A stretch of DNA of 56,205 nt from Candidatus Binatus sp. (GTDB lineage: Bacteria; Desulfobacterota; Binatia; Binatales; Binataceae). Shown here piece by piece: positions 39,936-49,953 of this stretch. The notes under the pieces are model-generated. The model worked only from the letters and a program-made list of their open reading frames with translations. It searched no databases and was not told where the DNA came from. Each line of letters begins with the position of its first letter. The stretch's first letter is position 1. The DNA is taken from positions 1 through 56,205 of the forward strand of contig NZ_DATDGQ010000344.1 of NCBI RefSeq assembly GCF_036522015.1, written 5' to 3'. Made by a program: the position numbers and the translations under genes.

Positions 39936-42900
39936 CTACCGATGCGCGCCTCCGGCCGCCCTTCTCTCTCCGCTGACGGCATACGCGGGAACGCTTCTGA
40001 GCGGCGTCTCGGCGGGCGCGGGTTGACGGTCGGTCAAGTAGCGGATGGCCGTATAGAACACCGGGGTCAGGAAGACGCCGAAGAACGTCACGCCGATCAT
40101 CCCGAAGAACACCACCGTGCCGAGCGCCTGTCTCATTTCGGCGCCGGCGCCGGTGGCGATGATCAGCGGAATCACGCCGAAGATGAACGCGAAGCTGGTC
40201 ATGAGGATCGGCCGCAGGCGCAGGCGAGCAGCTTCGATCGCGGCGTCGGCAGCTTTCATGTCCGGGTGATGCTCCTGCTGCTGCTTGGCAAACTCGACGA
40301 TCAGCACGGCGTTCTTCACGCTCATACCAGCGAGCACCACGAACCCAATCTGGGTGAAAATATTGTTGTCCATATGCCGGGCCCAGACCGCGGTAATGCC
40401 GCACAGCAGACACATCGGGACGATCAGGATGATCGCCGTCGAGAGCGCAAAGCTTTCGTATTCCGCCGAGTGGGTGAGCCATACGAACAGGATGCAGAGC
40501 GGGAATATCAGGAACGCCAGGCCGCCTGCCGCCTTCTCCTGGAAGGCCAAGTCGGTCCACTCGTAGTTGTATTGCCTGGGAAGCTGCGCGCCCGCGACAT
40601 CCTCCATCGCGGCGATGGCCTGTCCGCTGCTGTAGCCGGGTGCGTTGGCGCCGATGATGTCGGCTGATTCGTACAAATCGTATCTTTGGATCCGATCCGG
40701 ACCGATGATGTCCTTCATTTCGGCGATCGCACCCAATGGAACCATCTGGCCCGCGGCATTGCGTGTCTTGAGCAGCGCCACTTGTGCGACGTTGGCGCGG
40801 AACGGAGCGTCGGCCTGCGCCATCACGTGCCAGGTGCGGCCGAGATAGTTGAAATCGTTGATGTAGAACCCGCCGAGATACACTTGCAGCGCCTGGAAAA
40901 CGTCCGTGACCGCCACGTTCTGCTGCTTGGCTTTGACGCGATCCACGTTGACGTAAATCTGCGGGACGCTCGCGCGGAAGGTCGAGAACAACCTGCTCAA
41001 CTCGGGGCGGCTGCGAGCCGCGTCGATCAGATGTTGAGTCGCGGCCTGGAGTTGTTGGGGCGTTGCGCTGCCGGACCGGTCTTCGACCTGCATCTTGAAT
41101 CCGCCGGCGTTTCCAATTCCGCTGACTGCCGGCGGCATCAGCACAGCCGCCTGCCCGCCTTCCACCGTGGCGACTCGCTGCGTGAGCCGCTTCGGGATCG
41201 CGGCCGCAGTCAGATCGGCCTTGCCCGCGCGCTCAGCGAACGGCGTCAAGTGCAGGAACAACAGTCCGGCCGCCGATGAGTTGGCGCCGGTCAGGATGGA
41301 GAAACCGGAAACCGCGAACGCGTCCCGAATTCCCCTGGTCTTCATCGCCAGGTCCGCCAGTTGCGTCATCACTCCGTCGGTCCGGTCGATCGACGACGCG
41401 TCCGGCATCTGAACGTTCACTATGAGGTAGCCCTGGTCCTGGGTCGGAATGAATCCGGTGGGCACGATTTTGAACATGCCGTAGGCGAGGTAAACCAGCC
41501 CGACGTAAACAATCAGCGTGATCACCCCATAGCGGACCACGTAGTGCAGCGCCTTGATGTACCACTGGTTGGCCAGCTCGAAGCCCTGGTTGAACAGCCG
41601 GAAAAACCAGCCGAGCGCGAGGTCGAGCGCCTTCGTCAGCCAGTCTTGTTTGGCGTCGTGGGGCCTGAGCAGCAGCGCCGACAGCGCGGGGCTAAGCGTC
41701 AGCGAGATGAAGGCCGAGAGTAGCGTCGAGAACGCGATCGTCAGCGCGAACTGCTGATAGAACCGGCCGGTGATACCTGGAATGAAAGCGACCGGAACGA
41801 ATACTGCGGAGAGGCCGAACGCGATCGCGATGACGGCGGGTGTGACCTCGTCCATTGCCTTGAACGCGGCGTCGCGCGGGCTTTCACCCTCGTCGAGCCA
41901 GCGCTGTACGTTCTCGACCACGACGATCGCGTCGTCCACCACGATCCCGATGGCCAGCACCAGCCCGAACAGCGTCAGCATATTCAGCGAGAATCCAACC
42001 AGCTACATCGCCGCGAAGGTGCCGACCAGCGACACCGGGATCGCAAGAATCGGCACCAGCGACGCGCGCCAGCTCTGCAGAAACACGAGCACCACCAGCG
42101 CCACCAGGCTGATCGCGATGAGCAGCGTATTGATCAGGTCGTGGATACTCTCGCGAACGAAGGGCGTCGTGTCGTGCGCGACGGCGTAATCCACGCCGGG
42201 AGGAAAGCGCTTCTTCAGCTCCTTCATCTTGGCGTAGATCACGTTGGCCGTGTCGATCGCATTGGTGCCCGGCAGTTGGAAAACGGCCAGCGCGACCGCA
42301 GGGTGCCCGTTGTAGTCAACCGTCGTGCCGTAGTCGGCGCCGCCGAGTTCGACGCGGCCTATCTCCTTCAAGCGCGTGATGCGGCCGTCGGCGCCCACCT
42401 TGACGACGATGTCGCCGAACTCGGACGGATCCGTCAGCCGGCCCTGCGCGTTCAACGTATACTGGAACGCGGAGGTACCCTTGGGGAGCGGCGGCCCGCC
42501 GACGATTCCGGCAGCCACCTGGATGTTCTGCTCTTTGACCGCGTTGACGACGTCGCCCGCAGTCATGTTGCGCGCCGCCATCTCGTCCGGATTGAGCCAC
42601 AGCCGCATCGAGTAGTCGCGCACGCCGAACAGGTTGGTATCGCCGACGCCGGGCAGCCGGGTGATCTGATCCTTCACTTGGAGGGTCACGTAGTTGCTGA
42701 GGAAGATCGAATCGTGCGACCCGTCGGGCGAGAAGAACGCGAGCGCCAGCGTGATGTCCGGCGACGCCTTCTTGACGATGATCCCCTCAAGCTGCACCTC
42801 GGGCGGAAGCTGCGGCAGCGCGATCGCCACCCGGTTCTGCACCTGTACCTGCGCCACGTCGAGGTTGGTGCCAACCTTGAAGGTCACCGTCAAGTTCAGG

Positions 42901-43166
42901 TTCCCGGTATTGGTGGACTGGCTGGACATGTACAGCATGTTCTCGACGCCGTTGATCTATTCCTCGAGCGGCGTGGCGACAGTCTTCGCGACGGTTTCGG
43001 CGTTGGCGCCGGGGTAGGTAGCAGCCACGGTCACGGTCGGCGGCGCGATCTGCGGATATTGCGCGATTGGCAGCGTGAACATCGCGATCGAACCGGCGAT
43101 GAGCGCGACCAGCGACAGGACGATCGCGAAGACCGGACGGTCAATGAAGAAATGTGCGATCTTCAT
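39936..43166 (-). pseudogene. AcrB/MexB-type (HAE1) RND pump interrupted by two in-frame TAG codons (42957-42959 and 42003-42005)
   Basis: One frame reads [91 protein letters not shown]... to TAG 39936. Total length is 1076 codons. The track shows three ORFs. Confidence 0.85.
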
Positions 43167-44429
43167 TGACGCACCTTCGAGGCAGGCTGCAAATCTGCCT
43201 TGGACGCGGTGCGCATGTCGGGCGGCGTCTGCGCGATCGGCGACCGCGTCGTGTCACTCTCCATTGCGTCGAGCGATTGGGTGGAAACCGGCACTTCGTG
43301 CGGGACGACCTTCGCGCCAGACTGCGCAAACTGCATTCCGTTGACGATAACCCTCTCACCCGGTTTCAGGCCGTCGGTAATCGATCGCAAGGTGCCGAAC
43401 AACGCGCCCAGCTTGACTGGCCGCTGCTGCACGACGTTGTTGGCGCCGACGATCAGCAGGTAGCGCTCGTCCTGGTCGGTGTTCACCGCCGCATCGGGAA
43501 TCAGCAGCGCATTGTAACGTCCGCTGGCCGGGATGCGCGTGAGGGCGAAGAGCCCCAGCGTCATGATGGTCGTCGGGTTGGCGAACACGCAGCGGATCTG
43601 CTGCGTGCCGGTGTTCACGTCCACCTGGTTGTCGACAAAATCGATCACGCCCTGATGCGGAAAATTCGTCTCGTTTTCCAGTTGCAGGGAACATGCAACG
43701 TTTGCTCCCGCAATGTTGCCCTTGTTCTCCTTCAGGGCCAGTTCCTGGTAACGCAGCGCCGCGCTTTCGGGAACGTTGATGTAGGCGTAGAGCGGGTCGA
43801 TCGAGACGATGGTCGTCAGTGCGGTGGCCTGTCCGGAACCGCCGTTGACCAGGTTACCGACCGTCACGTTCATTCGGCTGACGCGGCCCGTGATAGGAGC
43901 CCGCACCTCCGTCCACTCGAGATTGAGGCGCGAGGTCTCCAGCGCTGCCTCGGCCGCATCCAGCGACGCCGCCGCCTCCCCGTAAGAGGCTTTGGTAGTA
44001 TCGAAATCCGACGGTGCAATGACCTGAGCCTTAATCAGCTCGACGGACCGGCCGAAGTCAGCCTTCGCTTTGACCGCGGTCGCTCTGGCTTGAGCGACTG
44101 CGGCTTTCTTGTTGTCGAGATCAGCCTGGAACGGACGCGGGTCAATCCTGAACAGCAGGTCGCCCGCGTGGACAATTGCACCCTCCTGGAAAGGCGCCTC
44201 TTCTATAAGCCCCCAACCCGCGCGCTGACAGTGGCCGTTTTCGGGGATGAGAGATATGCGCTGTATTGATCCCACCGACCACCTCGCGCTGAACCGGCTG
44301 GCTTACCGTGACCGACGCCGGCGGTGGCGCCGGCGTGGCAACCACTCGTTTGCAGCCCGGAAGAAGTACCACTGCCAATACAAAGAACGCGATCGCCAAT
44401 CGAAATTGGCGCAATTGAATGCGATTCAT
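43163..44429 (-). pseudogene. AcrA-like RND adaptor lipoprotein disrupted by two -1 frameshifts (near 44274-44277 and 44204-44208)
   Basis: Frame a: MNRIQLRQFRLAIAFFVLAVVLLPGC..VTVSQPVQREVV. Frame b: WDQYSAYLSSPKTATVSARVGGL, ending in TAG. Frame c: IEEAPFQEGAIVHAGDLLFRIDPRPFQADL... to the stop. The concatenation reproduces the conserved MFP N-terminus. The span is 1267 nt, which is 3n+1. Confidence 0.75.
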
Positions 44430-44462
44430 ACAAACTACCTGTGATCGCTTGTGACTGTGAGT

Positions 44463-45185
44463 TTATAATTCCTGATTGCGGCCACCACCGGCCGCCGCAT
44501 GTGACAGGGAGCGTTTCCCGGCCTTCGATCTCTCTTCTGCCTTGTCGCGCTTGAGCGCTTCGCCACTTTTGACGGCGGGAGCGAACAGCCGCTGCCCGAT
44601 CCATTCCAGGCAGGCAGTCCATCTCCGCCGAAACTCAGGATCGAGCGGGTCCATGCCGGTAATCAGCGAGGTGGCCTGCGGCATCGCCAGCGGAAACGCG
44701 CGCAACGCCGCGCTGGCGAGCAACAACATTTCTTCGTCAGCGTCCGGCGGTAAGGTTCCACCAGCCTTCGCCCGCCGCCAGCGATCAACCTCGGCCTGGA
44801 GGTAGGTTCGACGCTCCTCTTCGGCGACCAGTTTGCGGTTACTCCTGTCGAGCGCCTCCCACTGCCACATCCGAAGCGAATCGACATCGTCACAACTCTC
44901 TGCAAACCCGTTGACCAGGCTGCAGGTGAAATCCTCGTCCGGCGTCGATTCGAGGATGGCCGTCTTGGCCGACATCTTTTGCGCGAGTACGGCCCGATAA
45001 AGCCCCTCTTTGGAGTCGAAGCAATAGAAAATCATGCGCTCATTGACGCGCGCACGGCGGGCGATCGCGTCAGTTCGCGCGCCGGCAAATCCATGCGCCG
45101 CGAATTCTTTCTGTGCTGCCGCCATGATCTGTTCCCGCGTGCGATTCAAATCGCGCTGCTGTGGCATGGTCATTCGGTTCCCCAT
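44463..45185 (-). CDS. TetR/AcrR-family transcriptional regulator
   Basis: TREQIMAAAQKEFAAHGFAGARTDAIARRARVNERMIFYCFDSKEGLY is the TetR HTH signature. It lies directly upstream of the adaptor and pump genes on the same strand. Confidence 0.85.
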   Translation of the reverse strand: MGNRMTMPQQRDLNRTREQIMAAAQKEFAAHGFAGARTDAIARRARVNERMIFYCFDSKEGLYRAVLAQKMSAKTAILESTPDEDFTCSLVNGFAESCDDVDSLRMWQWEALDRSNRKLVAEEERRTYLQAEVDRWRRAKAGGTLPPDADEEMLLLASAALRAFPLAMPQATSLITGMDPLDPEFRRRWTACLEWIGQRLFAPAVKSGEALKRDKAEERSKAGKRSLSHAAAGGGRNQEL

Positions 45186-45194
45186 TATGTAGAT

Positions 45195-45211
45195 GCTTAA
45201 TTGTATTAAGC
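45195..45211. promoter_or_regulatory. Palindrome GCTTAAT-TGT-ATTAAGC, candidate TetR operator
   Basis: Perfect 7-bp arms, 10 nt upstream of the TetR start codon. A further TTAAT half-site lies at about 45219. Confidence 0.45.
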
Positions 45212-45431
45212 AGTCACTTAATCACGCAAGAGCCGTGCCCGAAACTGTATGTTGCGATTGCTGGGAAAATTCCGCAGCCCGAGCGGCATCGGCTCGCGAA
45301 AGGCAAAACTGCTCGCGAAATGCGAGTTGTTTAAAGACTTTCGAATGCGGCGGATGATTGGCTAGCGCAGACCTGAGAGCCGGCGAACTGGCTCCGCGGG
45401 TTTGCGTGATGCATAATCGCAAGTTCGCGCG

Positions 45432-45523
45432 CGGAGAGGTGGCCGAGCCCGGTTTAAGGCGCACGCCTGGAACGCGTGTAGACTCGAAAGGGTCTCGGGG
45501 GTTCGAATCCCCCCCTCTCCGCC
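45432..45523 (+). tRNA. tRNA-Ser (anticodon GGA)
   Basis: Folded by hand. Acceptor GGAGAGG/CCTCTCC. D-arm GCCGAGCCCGGTTTAAGGC. Anticodon stem CACGC/GCGTG with loop CTGGAAC. A long variable arm. T-arm GGGGG-TTCGAAT-CCCCC. Discriminator G, with encoded CCA. Confidence 0.9.
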
Positions 45524-45714
45524 ACACAGTCTGTACTATTTACCTACAAATAGGAGATAGCGGCAAATCCGCGCGTGGCGTGGCGTTTACGCGCTCGGTA
45601 CGAGCCGTAGAGAGCTAACGTCGATCAGCTCACGACGTTTTGGTCGAGATTCTCTCTGTTTCTAATTTTGGCGGTGGACTTTGGTGTGGGTGCCGTCGAG
45701 GCCGGAAGGTGGGG

Positions 45715-47409
45715 TTAGGCTAGAAACCCAAGGAGTTTGCGCTGGGCGGACCAGGCCAATGGCAGTTCCGATCGCCTTCGCAGCAGTGATTCGGCAGTAA
45801 ACTCGGGCGGCTGGCGACCCTCGAAGATTTGCTCGGCGACATACGGAGCGAGAAAGGCGAAGCGGACCACGCGGCTGACGTAGCGTGTGGTGACTTTTTC
45901 TCGCCGCCCGATGTCGGCCATCGAAGCAGCTCTTCCGCTAATCAGATCGCCGAACCAACGGCGAGCTCTGGCGATCAGCTTCACCAGCGCAGGATCGTTT
46001 CCGCGAGAGGTTTCCAGACCGCCTCCGATGATCAACTTCATCTCAACCCCGCGTCGGCGTATGTGCATTGGGATCGTGCGGTCGAGGGTCATATGGGTTA
46101 GACCGTGACCGTTGAGTGTCGCCGAAGATTCCACCGGGAGCTTGATGCAGAGTCTAATGTACTCGTCGCGCAACTCGACCCGATCAACTAAAAGCGCCAA
46201 CGACTCCGCGGCTGGGGACTCGGACCGAAGACGCTCGCTGAAGGACTTGGCCACATCAAGCATCGATCGTATCTGAGCCGTGCTCCAGTCGGGGCGGTCG
46301 ATCTCGGCCACTAGTCCCGCGCGGTCGTCCAGGATGGTTCGCATAGCGTTGGCGACGCTGTGTTCAAGCTCAGCCGCTGGAACCCGCCAGCCTCTTTCGG
46401 TTTGCTCAGCCAAACCGGTAATCAAGCTCCGGGAGACGTAGTAGCGATAGCGGCGGGTCCCTTTCACAGCATGGCTCGGCGTCAGGGGCGCTCCCGATTC
46501 ATCGAAGAGCTTGCCCATGAGCGGGCTTGGCATCGACTTAGTTGTCTTTCCGCGCGACCTCCCTGCATGTGCATGGAGCAGCGCTTCGGCCTGGTTCCAG
46601 AGAGCACGTTCGATGATCGGTTTATGCAAACCCAGGTGTCGTGTCCCTTTGTGTCGGACTTGGCCGATGTAGATTGGGTTGCGCAAGAGCGTGTAGAGCG
46701 CGCCGCGAGAAAACGACGCTCCGCCGGATCTCTTCCCGTTCTTGGCGCTCCGGATTTTGGAGCGGGTTCCCTGCCGATCCAATTCGTCTTTCAACAGTCG
46801 GACGCTGCCCAGTTCAGAGTAGCGCTGGAAGATCCGCCGGACTGTCTTCGCTTCGGAAGGCACGATGTCCAACTTTCCATCACGGACATCGAAACCGAGC
46901 GGGACGAGGCCACCCACCCACATGCCCTTGCGCTTGGAGGCTGCGATCTTGTCGCGGATCCGCTCGCCAGTTACTTCACGCTCGAACTGGGCGAACGACA
47001 GCAGGACATTGAGCGTCAGCCGTCCCATCGAGGTCGTCGTGTTAAACTGCTGTGTCACCGCCACAAACGAGACGGCGTTGGAATCGAATACCTCGACCAT
47101 CTTGGCGAAGTCTGAAAGCGCTCGGGTGAGCCGGTCGACCTTGTAGACCACGACCACATCTACCAACTTCTGCCGAATGTCCTCGAGCAGGCGCTGCAGA
47201 GCAGGCCGTTCCATAGTTCCCCCGGAAAGCCCGCCATCGTCGTAGTGGGTCTTGATCAGCCGCCAGCCTTCACCTTGCTGACTTAGGATGAACGATTCGC
47301 AGGCCTCGCGCTGAGCGTGAAGCGAATTGAAGTCCTGCTCCAGCCCTTCCTCCGATGACTTGCGCGCATAGATTGCGCATCGCAGCGTTTTGGGTCTACC
47401 GGGTTCCAT
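45715..47409 (-). CDS. Large serine recombinase (resolvase domain, recombinase domain and zinc-ribbon-type C-terminus)
   Basis: LRCAIYARKSSEEGLEQDFNSLHAQREACE contains the catalytic Ser. VVVYKVDRLTRALSDF and GRLTLNVLLSFAQFEREVTGERIRDK are also present. 564 aa. Confidence 0.88.
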   Translation of the reverse strand: MEPGRPKTLRCAIYARKSSEEGLEQDFNSLHAQREACESFILSQQGEGWRLIKTHYDDGGLSGGTMERPALQRLLEDIRQKLVDVVVVYKVDRLTRALSDFAKMVEVFDSNAVSFVAVTQQFNTTTSMGRLTLNVLLSFAQFEREVTGERIRDKIAASKRKGMWVGGLVPLGFDVRDGKLDIVPSEAKTVRRIFQRYSELGSVRLLKDELDRQGTRSKIRSAKNGKRSGGASFSRGALYTLLRNPIYIGQVRHKGTRHLGLHKPIIERALWNQAEALLHAHAGRSRGKTTKSMPSPLMGKLFDESGAPLTPSHAVKGTRRYRYYVSRSLITGLAEQTERGWRVPAAELEHSVANAMRTILDDRAGLVAEIDRPDWSTAQIRSMLDVAKSFSERLRSESPAAESLALLVDRVELRDEYIRLCIKLPVESSATLNGHGLTHMTLDRTIPMHIRRRGVEMKLIIGGGLETSRGNDPALVKLIARARRWFGDLISGRAASMADIGRREKVTTRYVSRVVRFAFLAPYVAEQIFEGRQPPEFTAESLLRRRSELPLAWSAQRKLLGFLA

Positions 47410-47811
47410 CCTGCTGCTCCTTGCGCGAAGTCTTGAGGCCGAAGAACAGAGGGCCGGACCAGTGCGCGCCGGTGATTTCGCGCGCGACTTCTGATAGCGA
47501 TCGATAGCGCTTGCCGTTGAACATGAAGCCCAGCGCGTCCTTCAACGTGTCCGCGGCGACGCGAACCTTACCGTAGTTCGTCGCTTTGCGACAGAAGTCG
47601 ACATCCGGAGCATCTCATCGGACTTGGTACCGGAGCGGAGTTGGGCAAGGCGCCGCGGGATGCCACGCGATGGGCGGCGATTGGTGCGGCCGCTAGCCCC
47701 GCGAGTTAGATTCGAGCGTTCGTTCGCCTTCTGGTTCGCCAGGGTGTTGTGATTTGGAATTTTGCCGATCGCATCCAAACGACAACGCAGATTCGCCCTT
47801 GCCCGCTGCAC
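47396..47811 (-). pseudogene. DUF2924-like gene remnant, frame-disrupted
   Basis: The 3' part (47396-47614) reads ..GKVRVAADTLKDALGFMFNGKRYRSLSEVAREITGAHWSGPLFFGLK, the DUF2924 C-terminal signature. It overlaps the recombinase ATG by 14 nt, as in intact DUF2924-recombinase pairs. It is preceded by an in-frame TGA and has no start. The upstream part (IPRRLAQLRSGTK) is in another frame. Confidence 0.5.
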
Positions 47812-47813
47812 CT

Positions 47814-47978
47814 CAGTCGATCGCTTACAGGCTCGACAACTTGTGGCGGCGACTGGTTCTGAGCGCCCCGATCAGCAACCGTTCGCTGACCCGCGTGCAG
47901 CAGCGGTTGGTGAAGACTGGTGCCCGTTTGAGAGAGCTCGCCTATGCTAAGTGGCCGGTTCTAGCCGAGGCCATCTGA
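47814..47978 (+). pseudogene. C-terminal stub of an IS1380/IS4-like (DDE group 1) transposase
   Basis: IAYRLDNLWRRLVLSAPISNRSLTRVQQRLVKTGARLRELAYAKWPVLAEAI resembles the conserved tail of this family (..AYNLGN(F/L)xRRLxLP...WSLxSLQxxLxKxGxRLxxHARxxxxxLAE..), recalled from memory. No catalytic domain lies upstream. Confidence 0.5.
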
Positions 47979-48326
47979 CGCGGAGCCTGTTGACTGGTGA
48001 GCTGCGGAAAGTCGCGCCACTGCTGTTGCCGGCTGGGCGGCGGATTGTTGGGTTGCTGATAAAGTGGCTGCGCGGAGAGGGCAGGAATCAATGTGTGAAG
48101 TGCCGTTCCCAAGAGTAGCGGAGTCGCCGTGCGTGGCAATCGAAGGGCTCGAACCCGACTCACCCGCGAATGCGGGAGCCTGCCGCGATCGTCCCCAGGT
48201 CGCGGCTTGACACTGAGATCGGTGAGGTGGAAGGAATCGTGTGTTTTGAAAGTCAAAAGGAAATCCCGGCTTTCTTTTCGCTGCCCCTCACGCCATCGTC
48301 CTGATCGCCCGCTTTGGATCGTCTGG

Positions 48327-49946
48327 ATGCTGAAGAATTCACCACGCAAGCGCCGAGAATCAGTAAGCCTTGTCGGTCTGGTTCGGCTGATGGCGCTCGG
48401 GCTCAGCGCACTTGCCGGCGCCTGCATGATCGGCCCGGACTACAGGCCGCCGCCCGCGCCCGTCGCCAAAGTTTGGATGGAGGGCGGCGAGGCGTCGGTC
48501 GATACGGCACGGCAGGAGTATCGGGATTGGTGGTCGGTATTCAATGATCCAGTACTGTTGCGGCTGATTGACATCGCATATCGGCAGAACCTGACGTTGA
48601 TGACAGCCGGGGTACGCGTGCTCGAAGCTCGAGCGCAACTGGGTGTGGCTATCGGCGAATTCTTCCCGCAACAGCAGTCGGTGGGAGCGTCGGTCAGCTA
48701 CAACCGGCTTCCTATTTCGGTTCCGTACCATCTTCTCAGCAACACTTACTGGTCGGATTCATTCGGCGCCCAGGCAGGTTGGGAACTGGACGTATGGGGA
48801 AAGTTACGTCGCGGAATCGAGACGGCCGACGACTCGTTCCTGGCGTCGGTTGCTGACTATGACGATGTGCTGGTGACGCTGACCGGTGACGTTGCCAGTG
48901 ACTATGTACAAATCCGAACAATCGAAAAGCAGATCATGATTGCGCGCGACAACGTGGTGCGGCAACGAGATGCGTACAAGATCGCGCTCGCAAAGTATCG
49001 CGGCGGCGCGGCGACCAAGCGCGACGTCTATCAGTCGGAGAACGTTCTTGATACGACGCAGGCATCAATCCCGCAATTCGATCTTCAACTGCAACAGACC
49101 AAGAACGCCGTGTCGGTGCTGCTGGGGATGCCGCCTGGAACACTGGACCAATACCTGGCTGGCAATTCGGAGATTCCTAGTGCGCCGGACAAGGTCGCGG
49201 TTGGTATCCCGGCGGACCTGCTCTTGCGGCGACCGGATCTTCGCAAGGCAGAGCTGCAGGCCGCCGCCCAATGCGCGCAGATAGGTTTCGTCAAGGCCGA
49301 TCTGCTGCCCGCCTTCAACTTAACGGGTAGTATCTCGACGGTGGCGGCAACGATATCGGGGGGCACTCTGGCAAGTGTCTTCACGGGAAGCAGCTTGGCG
49401 TGGAATGTCGGTCCCAACGTGCAATGGAATATCCTCAACTATGGGCAGATCACCAACAACGTTCGCGTGCAGGACGCGAAATTTCAGGAGCTTCAGATCA
49501 CCTATCAGAATCAGGTACTGACGGCTCAGCAGGAAGTCGAGAACGGAATCATCGCGTTTGTGGACTCGCGGCTTGCCGTCGATTTTCTAAAGAAAAGCGT
49601 GATTGCGGCGGAGGGGGCTTTGGACATCGCGATGATCCAGTACAACCAGGGCATCCTGGATTTCACGACCGTGCTGACGGCGGAGCAGAACCTCTACCAG
49701 GCGCAGAACAGCCTCGCGATCGAGATGGGAGACGTTCCGCAGGCATTGATCGCGACATATCGCGCACTCGGTGGCGGTTGGCAGATTCGCGAGGGCAATG
49801 ATTTTGTGCCGCGAGAGGTGCGGGCCACGATGGCAAATCGCACAAATTGGGGAACTCTGCTTTCGCCAGAACTCCTGCAGCCACGCGCGCCAGGCGTGCC
49901 GTCACCCAAGGATGAGGGGTCGCTGATCCGGCCGCCCGAATGGTGA
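48327..49946 (+). CDS. NodT-family outer-membrane efflux lipoprotein
   Basis: The ATG 48327 start gives MLKNSPRKRRESVSLVGLVRLMALGLSALAGAC, with a lipobox. Then MIGPDYRPPP, WWSVFNDPVL and RPDLRKAELQ. The tracked longer ORF has no signal features upstream. Confidence 0.85.
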   Translation: MLKNSPRKRRESVSLVGLVRLMALGLSALAGACMIGPDYRPPPAPVAKVWMEGGEASVDTARQEYRDWWSVFNDPVLLRLIDIAYRQNLTLMTAGVRVLEARAQLGVAIGEFFPQQQSVGASVSYNRLPISVPYHLLSNTYWSDSFGAQAGWELDVWGKLRRGIETADDSFLASVADYDDVLVTLTGDVASDYVQIRTIEKQIMIARDNVVRQRDAYKIALAKYRGGAATKRDVYQSENVLDTTQASIPQFDLQLQQTKNAVSVLLGMPPGTLDQYLAGNSEIPSAPDKVAVGIPADLLLRRPDLRKAELQAAAQCAQIGFVKADLLPAFNLTGSISTVAATISGGTLASVFTGSSLAWNVGPNVQWNILNYGQITNNVRVQDAKFQELQITYQNQVLTAQQEVENGIIAFVDSRLAVDFLKKSVIAAEGALDIAMIQYNQGILDFTTVLTAEQNLYQAQNSLAIEMGDVPQALIATYRALGGGWQIREGNDFVPREVRATMANRTNWGTLLSPELLQPRAPGVPSPKDEGSLIRPPEW

Positions 49947-49953
49947 GAACCCG

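Noticed and set aside
32123-43166. TAG reassignment (pyrrolysine or another amber recoding) as the explanation for the three in-frame TAGs.
   Set aside because: TAG terminates at least 16 well-supported genes in this window, including the AcrB-like gene itself. No pyl-type genes or suppressor tRNA are in view. The positions correspond to ordinary Trp, Gln or small residues. This cannot be fully excluded without the whole genome.
48133-48205. A second tRNA-like string (TGGCAATCGAAGGGCTCGAACCCGAC..) on the minus strand upstream of the island OMF gene.
   Set aside because: Hand folding fails: the T-stem is mismatched, there is no acceptor partner, and the putative anticodon hairpin has a 4-6 nt loop. 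It is probably chance or a heavily decayed relic.
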